Shown here in pieces: positions 47,454 through 59,947 of a DNA stretch of 64,000 bases. The position numbers and the translations under genes are program-made. The first letter of the stretch is position 1; every line of letters begins with the position of its first letter. Below the pieces are notes generated by a model, which worked only from the letters and a program-made list of their open reading frames with translations, did no database searches and had not been told where the DNA came from. Origin of the DNA: Phyllobates terribilis (Eukaryota); the NCBI RefSeq assembly GCF_046119375.1, contig NW_027362763.1, forward strand, positions 853,368,001-853,432,000, given 5' to 3'.

Positions 47454-50124
47454 CCTCCCTCTAGGTGCACCCAGGAACTGCTTCCTCCCTGCTCCTGCAC
47501 TATAGGGTTGCCCCTTCCTCGGTGTTCCCTCCCCCCACTCCAGCCAGGGACAGGGACTGTCGTGCTCTACTTGGAGCATATCGGTCGCCCTGCCCCCCGG
47601 AAATGTGGTGTAATGCATGCAGGTGTCGGGGTCCTGATCCACACTCCATCCTTACCTGAGAGTGAGATATCGCACATCTGGTTGAGATGCAATACCTCTG
47701 TAGCAACCGAGCCCTCGGGGTGCTACACATGGAGCGCGGTGGAGGTCACTAATCAATGTAATTCTTGTTCTTGGAGCCTTGTTCTGGCCTTGTTCCAGCT
47801 CTCACAGAATTGCATTGACAGCTTGTGACGTAACTTCTGAATTCCGGCCACTCAGAAGCTGCGCTCACAAAAAGGCGTCGCGGGACCGGAGCACCACTGA
47901 AAAACAGTGACAACCCCGGAGTGTGAGTATATGATCGGAGGCAGGGGATTTACATTTAAAGCACCAATCCAGCGTTGAAAAACAAATGCTGAAGTGGTGC
48001 TTTAACACTAAGGCTATGGCTACACGGCGACTTTGGCTGCAATAGAAGTTCACTTGGTGCTACTACTTCCTCACAGTGCTATAACAGTGAATGGGGTTGT
48101 ATTGCAACACTTACACTACCACGACAAGCAAGTGCCAAAAAATCAAGTCTGTTTTTTTGCGATTTGCTTCATAAAACCTTTAAAAGATCTGTCTTCAGAG
48201 CCCAGTCTTGACATTTCAACTTCTGTCAGGTTTAAGCCTCCCTTACCTCGGCCGTGTCTCTGAGAACTGAACACCTTGTACTTCTGGACACTCCAGGGAG
48301 GCTGCAGTTCTGCAATATGACAGCACTGGAGGATAATGTTTTTCATGACCAAGTTGAATATTTGCAACAAAGCTTTTGTTGGTTTTGTGATCACACCCCA
48401 ATATCTTATCAATTTCAAGAGTGCTGCATCCCTCTGTAAGACATGAAACGATTTATGACTTTTAAGAGTTGGTTAAATCTCTTTTTTGGCCCATTTTGCC
48501 TGAGGAAAACAAGCTGCCTAATAATTCTGCACGCATTGATAAAGGGTGCTGTATCCTTAGGCCTCACTCTTTTCATTACACACGTTCACATCACCTGATC
48601 TGCTTCATCCAATAAGCATTCAAGTTTATATGTGTGGTAGATCGGCTGCACACGGAGGTAGACACAGGAACGCTGTTGCTTTAAATTTCTCAGTGGTTTA
48701 TTAAGGCATGGCATAAACCACTTTCAAGTCCATCAAAACAAACAGGCCTTTCTTGGCATAAAGGGGTAAACAAAATAAAAATAGTTATCACAGTCCAGAG
48801 GCCTGTGGGGATCCGCCCGCACAGGGTTAGCAAATCACACATGGTTCAGGTCCGTACAACCACGAGCTCCTTTCTCTGGAGCTAGCCTCTCCAGATACAC
48901 TGAACAACTAATGCCTCAGCAGGCCTTCTATTTAAACCCCAGACCACACCCTGGGGGGGAGATATTGTGAATGACCTCCCACCCGCTCTATGGTTGTTCA
49001 CAAAAACCTAGCCCTTTTGAAATGGCTGCTTAACACCTTGCAGCACTTAGTGTGCTGGAGCAAACACTTCTGGGTTTCAGATCACTGAAGCTAATAGCCT
49101 CAGTGAAACATCCCTCCCCTCCAGCACTTTGCCAGTGACTTTGTCACAATGGCTTGGCGCTGGAAAATCTGCATAAAAATGATGATATGGTCAAAATTCT
49201 CACTTACCTAATATTTGTGCATACAGTGTACTTGTTTTACCTCTATCTCAACCCACTCCTTGATTTTGACTGACAGCTCTGGCCTTACAGAACCAAAGAA
49301 TGGTGGAGATAGAGGGTAAACAAGTAGGTGGAAAGGTGCACTTAAATGTTTGGCCACGCCAATGACTTGGTTTGAACAGTCATTCTGTGCCAACAGTGTC
49401 CCTTTAAGCATTTTTTTAAGTTTTCTTAGAGAAACACACCCTATCTGAGCAAATAGTTTCCAGAGCAACCACAATGCAAATCATCAGAATTGTGAATTAA
49501 ACTTTAGACATAAATGGAGAATAAGACTTCATGTAACTTTAAATCCGTACAGTCTAACAAAAGGAAGGAGTTTACTAGGTTACAAAACTTTAATGTGAAT
49601 TTCAATTGTGGAATGTTAAAAAATTGTTATTTAAGGAGTTCACTGGAAATGGCCATATCTCATCACTGCATTCTGTAACTAATACAAGAGAATAATGTTT
49701 CAGCTTTTATGATTAACCCAGTCCACTGTTTTATTATCCTAAAAAAAATTACACATAAAATAAGAATAAAGGTTGTTAACTTGGTACATAATAAGCAGTA
49801 AGAAGTGCAATCACTTAATAAAGCCTTTGTGACTTTATACATTCAAAATTGATAAGCAGCACACTGAGACAAAACTATGACAACTTGTGCATTCAGAGGT
49901 GTAGCTATAGGGGGTGCAGAGGTTGCAGTTGCTTCTGGACCCTGCCTCCTGAGGGCCACAGAGTCCCTATTCCTCCTAAGATGACAGTAATGTTATAAAC
50001 TGTTCATGGCAGCTGGGAACCCTGCTACAGATTCTGCATTGGAGCCCTGGATCTTGCTGCAGAGCAGAACTCTTGCAAGACTATATATCGGAAAGTAAGA
50101 AGTCACCTGAACATCGCATCTATA

Positions 50125-50430
50125 TGAGCTTTTTGGACATCCAATTCCAAAACCATGGGCACTAATTTGGAGTTGGTCCCCACTTTTGTAGTAGTAACAG
50201 CCTTTATTACTCTGGGAACGCTTTTCACAAGATTTCTGATTGTGTCTGTGGGAATTTGTACTCATTCAACAAAACAGCATTTGTGAGGTCAAGTGCAGTT
50301 TTTGGACGAGAGGTCATCACACCATGTCTTTATGGTCCGTACTTTGTACACTGGGCACAATCATGCTGGATCATAAAAGGGCTTTCCCCAAACTGTTGCC
50401 AGAAAGGATGCAACGTTGTAAAAGGTCTGT
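50125..50430 (-). mobile_element. degenerate Tc1 transposase 3' remnant
   Basis: Minus strand NLVKSVPRVIKAVTTTKVGT resembles the Tc1 C-terminal consensus NLVxSMPRRxxAVIxxKGGxT. Confidence 0.5.
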
Positions 50431-51680
50431 GAACACTGGAGTACATAACCCCAATAACACAATCCAAGATTTAATCTTAAAAGTCAGGGACAACAGGCAC
50501 CAAATGGACCTTATATAAAAATAATGTAAATGTCGCAATTTCTTTGACCAATCTGCTGACAGAACAGTCAGTATGGCACCGTGTGTGGTTTATTAGTCAG
50601 TGGTCCAATAATCAAGCTACTGGCCTAATAATTGGTGATACCGGAGAATAATTTGGGACCGCTGGCAGCATCCACATATTCATAGCATGTCATACAAGGC
50701 TGCAGCTGAATTCACACTTGTGTTGCCATTTCGCAGCATTTTTGATGCAGTTTTTACAGCAGTCTTGCAATCAGTTGATCTCTAAGTTGCAAATATATAC
50801 GGCACTTTACAATAATATTATAGTGCAAAATTAATTTACATGCTTTAATAGTAATAAGCCCCCTTCACATGTACGTTGTCATGATTCTGTTGTCTGATAA
50901 CCTGGGCCAGGGGCACCTTCCCTGTCCCTAACGCTAAGGGTGCCCTAGCTATCCCTGCTCCCCAGGTTACTTCTGATGGTGAAGATGCTGGGGCCACGTA
51001 CCTTGCTGAGCTCCTGAATCAGCCCTAATATGTCCCCTCCCCCACCCAGGGAAGTGGGGAGGAATAGTGTATTTAAATACACAAACCAGACAAACAAGGA
51101 AGGACGTACAGGGATAAAATGAAAATACCAATCATACAAAATATGCACACACAGACAACAGAAGGAAGCACCGGAGAGATTTGGTAGGTAAACAAAATAG
51201 GAGGAGATGGGGACTATGCACACAGCCAAAACACCAAGCAACAGTCACAGAACAATTAATTTGTCTCTACCAACAACTGACACCTCCACACCACTCCTCA
51301 CCAGGCAATACAAGATTTAACACTGTCAATCCAAATTGTCAGAAGTGAGAATGTATAGGAGAGAGAAGAGTGGCCAATACTGCACAACTGAGATCATCCA
51401 AGCAGGAAACTTCAGAGACTCCAAGCTGAAAAAATGAACCCCTGCGCTGTTGACAGAAACCTGCACCGCTTAATATGAGGGAGAAGTGCTTCTAGTCTGT
51501 GCAGAAGTACATGTAATCAGACTCTGCGGTCTTCTGACTCCTCTCTGTTGCGGTACCGGTTTTATACGGATGTGTGAAGGAGGCGTAACAGATGACACAT
51601 AGCTAAAATCTGTGTCTCAGCCTCTACATTATGCTGTCCTCAGATTGCAAAGTAAAAACATGCTCACAGATCCCCTTTAA

Positions 51681-52597
51681 GACAATGTGCACACAAAGCG
51701 TTTTTGATGTGTTTTCCACCGTGGAAATGCTGCAAAAACTCTTGTTAATAGGTCTGCCAGCTATAGCAATGCTAATCCTGATGTGCTGTGCACATGATGC
51801 GGAAATTTCCACTCAGGATTAGCATTGCGGAAAAAAATGCAGCATGACCATTACACCCAGCATTTCCGGAGCATTTACCGCCCATTGACTTTAATTGAAA
51901 CGCAGCAAATGTACAAGTATAATATTTATACCTGCAGATTTGCTACATTTCAATTAAAGCCAATGAGTGGGAAACGCTCCGGAAATGTGGTGTGGGTGGT
52001 ACCTGGGTCGGGAGAGGAGGACTACAACTCCTCTCATCCGACCGCAGCTCCCGCTGATAACAGCGAGAGCGGCGCTGCTGAGAGGAGCAGTAGTTCTCCT
52101 CAGCAGGATCGGGAACCATCGGCAGTGAAAAAAAGAAAAAAAAAAGTAAAAAAAAAAAAAATCCTTATACTCACCTGTCCTCGGTGCCAATGATCCTCCC
52201 CTCCTGGCGGACGGCGGTATACTGAGGGGAGCGCGCTCTCTCCCTGTAGTATACTGTGCTTCCAGGACCTGCGGTCAATCAGACCTTTTCATAACCAAAC
52301 CTAATTAAAGTAAAGAGTTAAATAAACACACAGACACAGAGTAAACACTTTATTTGAAATACAACAGACACATTCTTTAATCATTTAAATTACCAATATA
52401 CTCACCCAAGTTCTGACAGTAATCCAAGGGTTTAAGCAAGGTCCCACCAAATGACTTTATTTAGCTCCAAAAAGCATTCATTGATGTACAAAAACGCATA
52501 AAAAACGAGCGGAATTTCCGCAGCATTTTTCCTGCCTAGGAGATGCAGAAACGCTCAGGAAATGTCTGCTTCAAATCCTGATCATGTGCACATAACC
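51681..52597. mobile_element. Harbinger-type MITE (family of 13795 and 23181)
   Basis: TAA|gacaatgtgcacac ... tgtgcacataacc|TTA. Confidence 0.7.
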
Positions 52598-55550
52598 TTA
52601 TTAATATTCAGAAAAGGTTTAAGTGCTCTTAGCATGATCATAGCACTTCCCAAACATCTACCTCCCTGGTTATATTTCCCACCTGTATTGGAGGCATTGT
52701 TTATGGTCACCTTGGAGATCTAAAGATGGGTACCATGAACAGGATTTAACAGGTTCCCCTAGGCTGAAGCCATGGAGATAACTACTGTTCAGTGGTGCAA
52801 GCTCTGAACCAGGAGGTGCGGGGACAAAATCGTAAGGCAGGAGAGAAGTCAAAAAACGAGCTGAGGTTAAAATCAGGAATGTCTACTGGAAATTACAGCA
52901 GGATACAAAGATGTTTACTGGAGCTTGTCACATTATAACTGGCAGTAGACAGCAGGTTTTCAGTATTGTTAAATAGCTTGCAGCCCAGACCAAACAAGAG
53001 GAAGCAAACACTGAAAAGTTAACTCTTGTTCTGCCAACATGGATGGAACTGCAAGTCCCAGATGACACACAACTAGAATTGTTGCCCCCTGCAACAAGAG
53101 CTCGGCGCCTCCTGGTGACAGAAGCAGAAACAGGAAGGGCAGGCACCAATACAGATGTCACTGCACCTTCTTCTGCTTGACTGTCAGTTCACTGGCCTGA
53201 CCAAGCAGCCAATGAGCTATCAATGAAACAAGGGAAGTTGTGGCTGGGTGGGGGATAGAGCCAATGAGGCAGAGGCTTGGGAAGTGCCTTGACAGAGGAT
53301 TTAAGCCTCATTTGCAAACTATTTAAAACAGTGATTTTTGAGTCAAGGAGAAACAGATTGGATCAGTAAAGGTGTGGATGACATTACTTTTCATATATCA
53401 ACATGACCATAAAAACTGTTTTTGGAGTGGATCATTCTGGGCTCCCAGACGATATATAATGTATTGAGGTATCATATTTTGTAATATAATGGCAGAAACT
53501 CTAACCCTTAAAATTAATATCTTTATTATTTCATTACTAAAATCACCCCATATGTAAGCACAAAATCAAAAATAATAACTAATAATGCAAGTATAGAAAA
53601 GTGCGTTAAAGATGCCGTAAATAAAGTTGCCAGTTACACTCCCTTATTAATATTTGGTCAGGAAGCAAGAGATAAAATTTGATGGGAAAATTGGAACATA
53701 CAGTATATTGGGTGGATAATTCTGACAGATTCCCTTTAATAAAAGATTACTTCTTCAGCACTTCTACTGATTTTATACAACATCCATAGAATTATTGTCA
53801 TGCGTAATACAAGTCTCAATAGAGCGGGCAGTGCCCAATGATTACCGTGAGCAGTGCGTAGTATTGTAGCTACATACATGTATAAGTACATAACAAGTGA
53901 GGAAAATGTAGTTTTAAAAACACGCAATAAATTGTTTATCACTCTTTAAACCCCCTCTCTACAACCGTGTATCCTGGGAGCTCCCTCTCTCCATTTCCTA
54001 TGTAAACCTACTGAAATTGCATTACTATTTTCCCGTATCAATGAAAAAGAGAATTTTTGTGACCGCAAACTGTTGTGTGACACATGTGGTATTTATAGTT
54101 TCCTGGAATAAAATACATGGTGTTTCCCACTCACAAGTGTTCATAGCTGACCGGACAAACACTATAACATTTTACAGGCATCAATGAAGCGGGGTATCAT
54201 AAGGGGTCCACACTCCAGGCCAATAAATTACACGTTATCAAGCTGCTGCTATAGTACTAGCAAAAATGTCTTGTTTTGCACTTTCTATTGTTGGACAATT
54301 TGGTCTTAAAAGAGAAATGTGAAAGTTTTATATGTGTTGTCCCGGTTTCCACTGGAGACTTTTGTGAATCCAGGGAATCCCATTGTTGCCTGGTAAATTT
54401 ATTGTTCCTTGTCCAAGTAAGAGGCACTCATCACTGCAAAGGTGACGAAATGAAGAAACACTTTTAAAAACTGAGGCTAGGCGGTTCCTTGATCACCTAC
54501 TGCCAATGAATCAACAGTGAAGGTCGTCATTGGACTTCTCACCATCGATGAGTCAAGAGCTTCTGGAGAGCCCATAATGATGCCATACTTTCATATATTC
54601 CTTGTTGTAATCCAGGCTTCTTTTCTTGTGGTGTATCCAGAAATTGCAAATAGGAATGCTAAGATAGGTAAGTGAAGAAATTCTGAAAAACTCTGTAAAC
54701 TGTGTTTATGTCAAGAACATTAATTAAACCAAAATGTTTCATCCAAAAATAGAAAGTCAGCTTTCTTAGGCCGGGTCCAGATTGGCTACATTCTGAGCCA
54801 ACGTCCCAAATTCCATCAAAAAAGATGGAAGAAAAATAGTGCAGCATGCCATTTTCTTTTTTTTCCAGAAAATGAGGGACACCATGGCAGTAGCCCACCA
54901 ATATAGTTAGCGGGGTCTGTTGGGCACTGTTGGTATCATCATGTAAGGCATTTATTACAGTACTGAATTTCACTTTTCTGCTACTATGCTGGAACAGTAA
55001 AATGGAATTCTACAGATGGGAACCTGGCCTAATATAGTTTTCTTTTGTCAATATTTTTAAGATCTGTTGACTTTTAATGAATGGAATAAATGTTTCGCCC
55101 CAGAAAATAAAAACCTATCCAGACATAATAGCTAGTTTCCGCAATTGTGTTCAGTTTAGACAATGATATATTACCTAAGCCGCCTGGACTCCAGATCGTC
55201 ACACTGTAAACCAAAAGGAAGGAAGCAATATTTATGCTGTAGATGTCCCTAGCACACAGAGGGTTTCATAGATCGGATACATTTAAAGAAAACTCTCATC
55301 TATAGGAAGTATTATGTATGTAGCCTCTAAATATTCACTGAAAACAAGCACTACTTTAAAATTACTAGAAAAGGCCCCAATTCATATCTTGCTGGGTTTT
55401 TTAAGTCACTTTTCTTTTTTGTCTTGTGGTATTTGATGCCTTTTTTTGCGCTAAATTATTTAAAATGGCACACACGGTTAATGAGTTTGTGAAAGGTCAA
55501 AAGTGGTCTTTTCTTTGTATGAAATTCTTCAAAATACCACATGTGGTTAA

Positions 55551-55993
55551 AGGGGTTGTCCACTACTTGGACAACCCCATCTGAATCCCTATGCTTCCCC
55601 CCAGTAAAATAATAATACTTATATTCACCTCCGGTGCTGGCGCCATTCCAGCAGTGGCTCTCCTGATCTCGCATAACATTGATATGTCACGCGATCCCTG
55701 GAGTCAATCAGCGCTGGCTTCACTCTCCTTCGGACAAATCAAGACATCCAGAGGAAGTGAGAGCTGCTGCTGCCATGTTCCTTGCTCTGGACGTCAATTA
55801 CATTGATAGGAGAGGAGCGTAAAGCCAGTGCTGATTGGCCACAGAGATAATAACGTCACGCAAGCCCTAGGAGAACCAGTGCCGAAACCTCTGGAATGTC
55901 GCCGACACTGGAGGGGAGTATAAGTGTTATTATTTTACTGGGGGGGGGAGCAGAGGGATTCAGAAGGGGTTGTCCAAGTAGTGAACAAACCCT
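55551..55993. mobile_element. T2/Kolobok-type MITE
   Basis: TTAA|aggggttgtccactacttggacaacccc ... ggggttgtccaagtagtgaacaaaccct|TTAA. Confidence 0.8.
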
Positions 55994-58900
55994 TTAATAA
56001 ATTTTGTGCAATGTCAAAAATGGTCTTTATTTCCATCTTTAACCTTTTTTGTGCGCAAAAAGTAGCATGGTTCGCAAAATGGTACACAAATTGATCAAAA
56101 ATTACTTGCATACATAAAGTCAGTCCAGGAGGTACTGGAGTAAATTTGCAACAAATTTTGTAACTTTTCAAAAAGCTGCAAATGATGAGTCATGTGAAAA
56201 CATCTGGAAATCATAAACACAGTGGTAATATATATATATATTTTAAAAAGGCAAACATATATAAATTGAATTTAATAAAAAGCACAAGTTAAAACATGAA
56301 TATGAAGCAAAGAAAAAAAAACGCAAGACACTAAAAACTGAACATAAAACAGGCGCTAATGCAATGCAATATCATACCTAAACGCATGCAATTAGGGCTA
56401 AAAATAATTTTTGCTGTTGGATTTCACTAAATATTTTGCCTTCTATAGCCTTTGTATTACACTGATTACACTGTCCATTACTGACTATAGAATGAGATAC
56501 TGGGGTTATCCACATTATCTTTATTTTCACATATGTGATGATGAAGATGATTTTGTGGCACTTACTGTAATATTATACAGGTATGACCGGTTCTCCTCCT
56601 GCTCTTGTTACTGCAGTTTTCCTCAGACTGCACATCTCTCCAGTCCATACAATGGCGGCAGGTGGAGACATGTGACCAGACCTGTCCATCAGTCTCCTTC
56701 AATAGAACAATTGGACAAGGCTGATAGACAGGTCTGGTTACATGTTCCTCCACCAGCGGCCATTGTACTAACTGAACTTTGCTATAGAAGGTAAACAGTG
56801 CAAAATGTTTAATGAAACCCAATTGCAAAAATGGCTTAGACCAACATTTAAATGGCAAATGTCCCAATATTTTTGAATAATTTCCTTGTTGTGCAAAAAT
56901 ATTGCAACCTTAATGAATTGGGCCCTTGGTAATGTTTCCTGTAATCCACACCAAACCCACAAAAATTTCAAAAAGCTGTAATAGTGATGTATTATAGTAG
57001 AAATAAACAATTATACATAGTCATAGATTTATCTTTCATGAGACAACCTCCAAAAATTGCAGTGAAAAATGGAGGCTGATGGCCCTTTTATATAGATGGA
57101 TGGATGGTCTCCTCAAAGAGGTGGCCTTTTGGCGAGGTTTTACTATATTTACATGCATGTTTTGATATAGTATAGTGCTGCATACAGGTGTAACGGGGCA
57201 CGGGGTGGTAGCCATTGGTGAGGCACTCATCTGTGGCGCCCCGGCACGTTACATGAAAGTGGAGGTCCTGGCTGGGTGTGTTGACTTGTGCTGTGAGGGC
57301 CTTACGCCTGTGCAGGCCGCAGATAACAGATGCTGTGGGTTTTCCAGGACTAGATGTTTCACAGTACTAAACAGTAACTTGGTAAGGGTTATATACAAGG
57401 AATAGCCAGTACAAAGTCTTATGAACATTCCCTTTACAACTTGAAGTATTTTCCACAGTTTTCTTCCTCGGTAGTTTACTCCAGGGCTCTCTATGTCCTC
57501 TGTTTCTCCCTACTTCACCACAACCCAGCGTTAACAAGTGCCCTTAACTTGCTCTGCTGTTCCGTGTCTTCTTTCCACTGCTGGTGCCCTGGAACTCCCG
57601 CTCGGGGCACTTTACTAGTCTCATGTACTCAGTACTGTTTAGGCCCATTACCTTTCAGTGTTATCACCTCTTCTAGGACCCGTTTCCGGAAGGCCATTCT
57701 GTTTCTTAGTCACTAGTAATCTGGATCTCGCTATCCCAGCTTTTCGGTCTCCTCTCACTTAGGGTCACCTCAGAATGCGGCACTGCTCACCTTGGACCTT
57801 GTGGTCCACTCACTTTGCACTCAGCCCTATCTAACTCTCTGAAAGGAACTTGTCACTTTCAATTACACTAGGCTCACCCTGGGCTAGTGAGCCTTGGCAC
57901 TTCCCTCACTCTGGGCTAGTCCCAAACATTAACGCTAACTGTTCCTACGGTCAAACTACACGTCATTAACACATTACATTATTCACATTACACAACACAG
58001 TTCACATTACACCACAATAGCGTGATTGGTGTCTGCAGGGAAAGGAATGCGACAGCAGCAGTCCACCTCCTTACACAGGCACAGAACAATTTATGGCAGC
58101 CTGTACTTAAAGGTACATTAACTGTAAAACACGGGCAGAAACCAGACAATCTATGGAACACAATCCGAGGGAGGTCCCTTGATGCCAGGGCCGGCTGTAA
58201 GTCTCTTGGCTTGAGCCTCATAGGCATATTAATGAAGCTATTGAGTTTGGGTTTAGAGACCCGCAGCTGGTCCAGACATTGTGATCCCTACAAAATTGTG
58301 TTTAACATCTAAATTTGGCCATACGCTGCATCTCATATTGGTGGGGGTAGGTAAAGTGAACATAACAATACAATTTCTACAGCTAATAAATGATCTGATG
58401 AGTACAATTGTTATGAAACTTTTAGTGATAAATGATCAGATATGTATCCACCTAAACAAAGTCACTAAATTACTGGACTTGATTTTAATGCATTGCTTTA
58501 TTTAAAATTAATTCTTACTATTGAAAGAGAATAAATGGTGAAAACAAGATCAGCACCATGTGAGGCCTAAAGTACATAAAACAAGCCCTGGGAATCAATT
58601 CACTCTTGTTATGGTCCTAATAAACTTGGTGTCCATGACAACCCTCACCAACTATTCATGGAGAGATGCTAGTGTAGACAAGTAGGTCTATTGTAAAGTG
58701 TCCTCACTGATGTGTTCTGCCTGCCCAATGGATTTGTACAAAAGGCCTTATATTATTTTCATATAATTCTTTAGGAAATGAAAGCCATGATGCCAGTGTG
58801 ACTCATATCTGACCTACAACATGATCACCTATATCCATCTTCTGTGGATCATAGGTCTGTGGCTGAAGTTCAGTGATCAGATATAAGGACCTCCTTTATG

Positions 58901-59630
58901 TTTTCTTGGTCCCATAGTCATGTAGTATTGTTAAAAGGAATGTGTCATTGGGAAATTTCAAGTTTTTGTGTTAATTGTTTTTTTTTTTACATTTTTGGCA
59001 TGTTGTTTTTCACCATATAATAGACTTAATTTTTAAAAAAAAAGATGAATCTTTCAATTTTCACACTGGCTTCTGAGACTTTTTGAGACTCTTAAGCCGC
59101 TAGTCATCAAACTGTTAATGCCAGGACATGAAGTTCAACAACATTTTATTTACTTTTAGCGTTTTCACAACACTTTTGCCCACCTCCGCCACAATGGAAG
59201 GAGCTGGAGGGGCAGCTGGGATATGATGGGACATGGCAATGCCTGCCTAACAAATTCGTCAAAAGTGCCAGCATTTCTTATACCAGAAATGTTACTCTAG
59301 TCAAAGTCAGGAGTAACATTTCTGGCGTATGAAATGCCAGTCCTAATGCAACGAGACTATACCCGATGCAAACTCAAGTAGCAAGCAATTGCGCTCAAGA
59401 CTAATGACAACTTATTCAATATGATGACCTAATGTTATCAAATTCTGCGTCGTACCTCTGGGTTCAAAATGTTCACTATACCCCTTGATAACATCTTTGA
59501 GGGGTCTAGTTTCCAAAATGGGGTCACTTGTGGGGGGTTTAGGCACATCAGGGGCTCCCCAAACGCAACATGGCATCCGCTAATGATTCAAGCAAATTTT
59601 ACATTCAAAAAGTCAAATGGTGCTCCTTCC

Positions 59631-59916
59631 CAGGGGCGGACACAGACTGTAGTGGGCCCCTGTGCAAGAATTTTTTGGGCCCCCCCCGCTGCCGTTCATA
59701 GGGGGCATGAAGGGCCTCCCCCCCGTGCATCTCTCATCCCCCCGTGCATCTCTGATTCCCCCCACTCCTAGTTAATTAATTGTATTTAAAAATAATAAAA
59801 CTTGTTATACTTACCCCCAGGGCCGGCTCCAGGTTTTTATGGGCCCTGGGCGACAGAGTTTCAGTGGGCCCCTTTATCACATACCATGATTCATGATGCA
59901 CAGATACCACAGAGAA

Positions 59917-59947
<31 letters not shown>

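Larger units (their letters stand above)
42648..47727 (-). mobile_element. non-autonomous LTR retroelement (5080 bp; 1345-bp LTRs at 46383-47727 and 42648-43992)
   Basis: TG...CA LTRs with ~28 substitutions and no indels by hand comparison; 4-bp TSD CATG (42644-42647, 47728-47731); PBS and PPT correctly placed; 2390-bp interior without RT/RNaseH/integrase motifs. Confidence 0.95.
42482..48001. mobile_element. T2-type MITE split by the LTR element
   Basis: TTAA-gcaccact left end, agtggtgct|TTAA right end; host reads continuously (ttgcatg-gagcgcg) once the insert is removed. Confidence 0.65.

Noticed and set aside
48254-48439. + strand ORF with LVLLDTPG (GTPase G3-like), and a GKTST string near 49210-49240 on the - strand
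   Set aside because: Isolated short motifs on opposite strands without supporting motifs or convincing splice context.
48633-49148. TG...CA bounded LTR-like segments here, at 34739-35009, near 50877-51320 and at 57189-58292
   Set aside because: LTR-like composition, but I could not find matching 4-6-bp TSDs, so boundaries are unsupported.
52670-53180. Protein-like open stretches on both strands
   Set aside because: No recognisable family and no consistent splice-site pair; probably decayed repeat.
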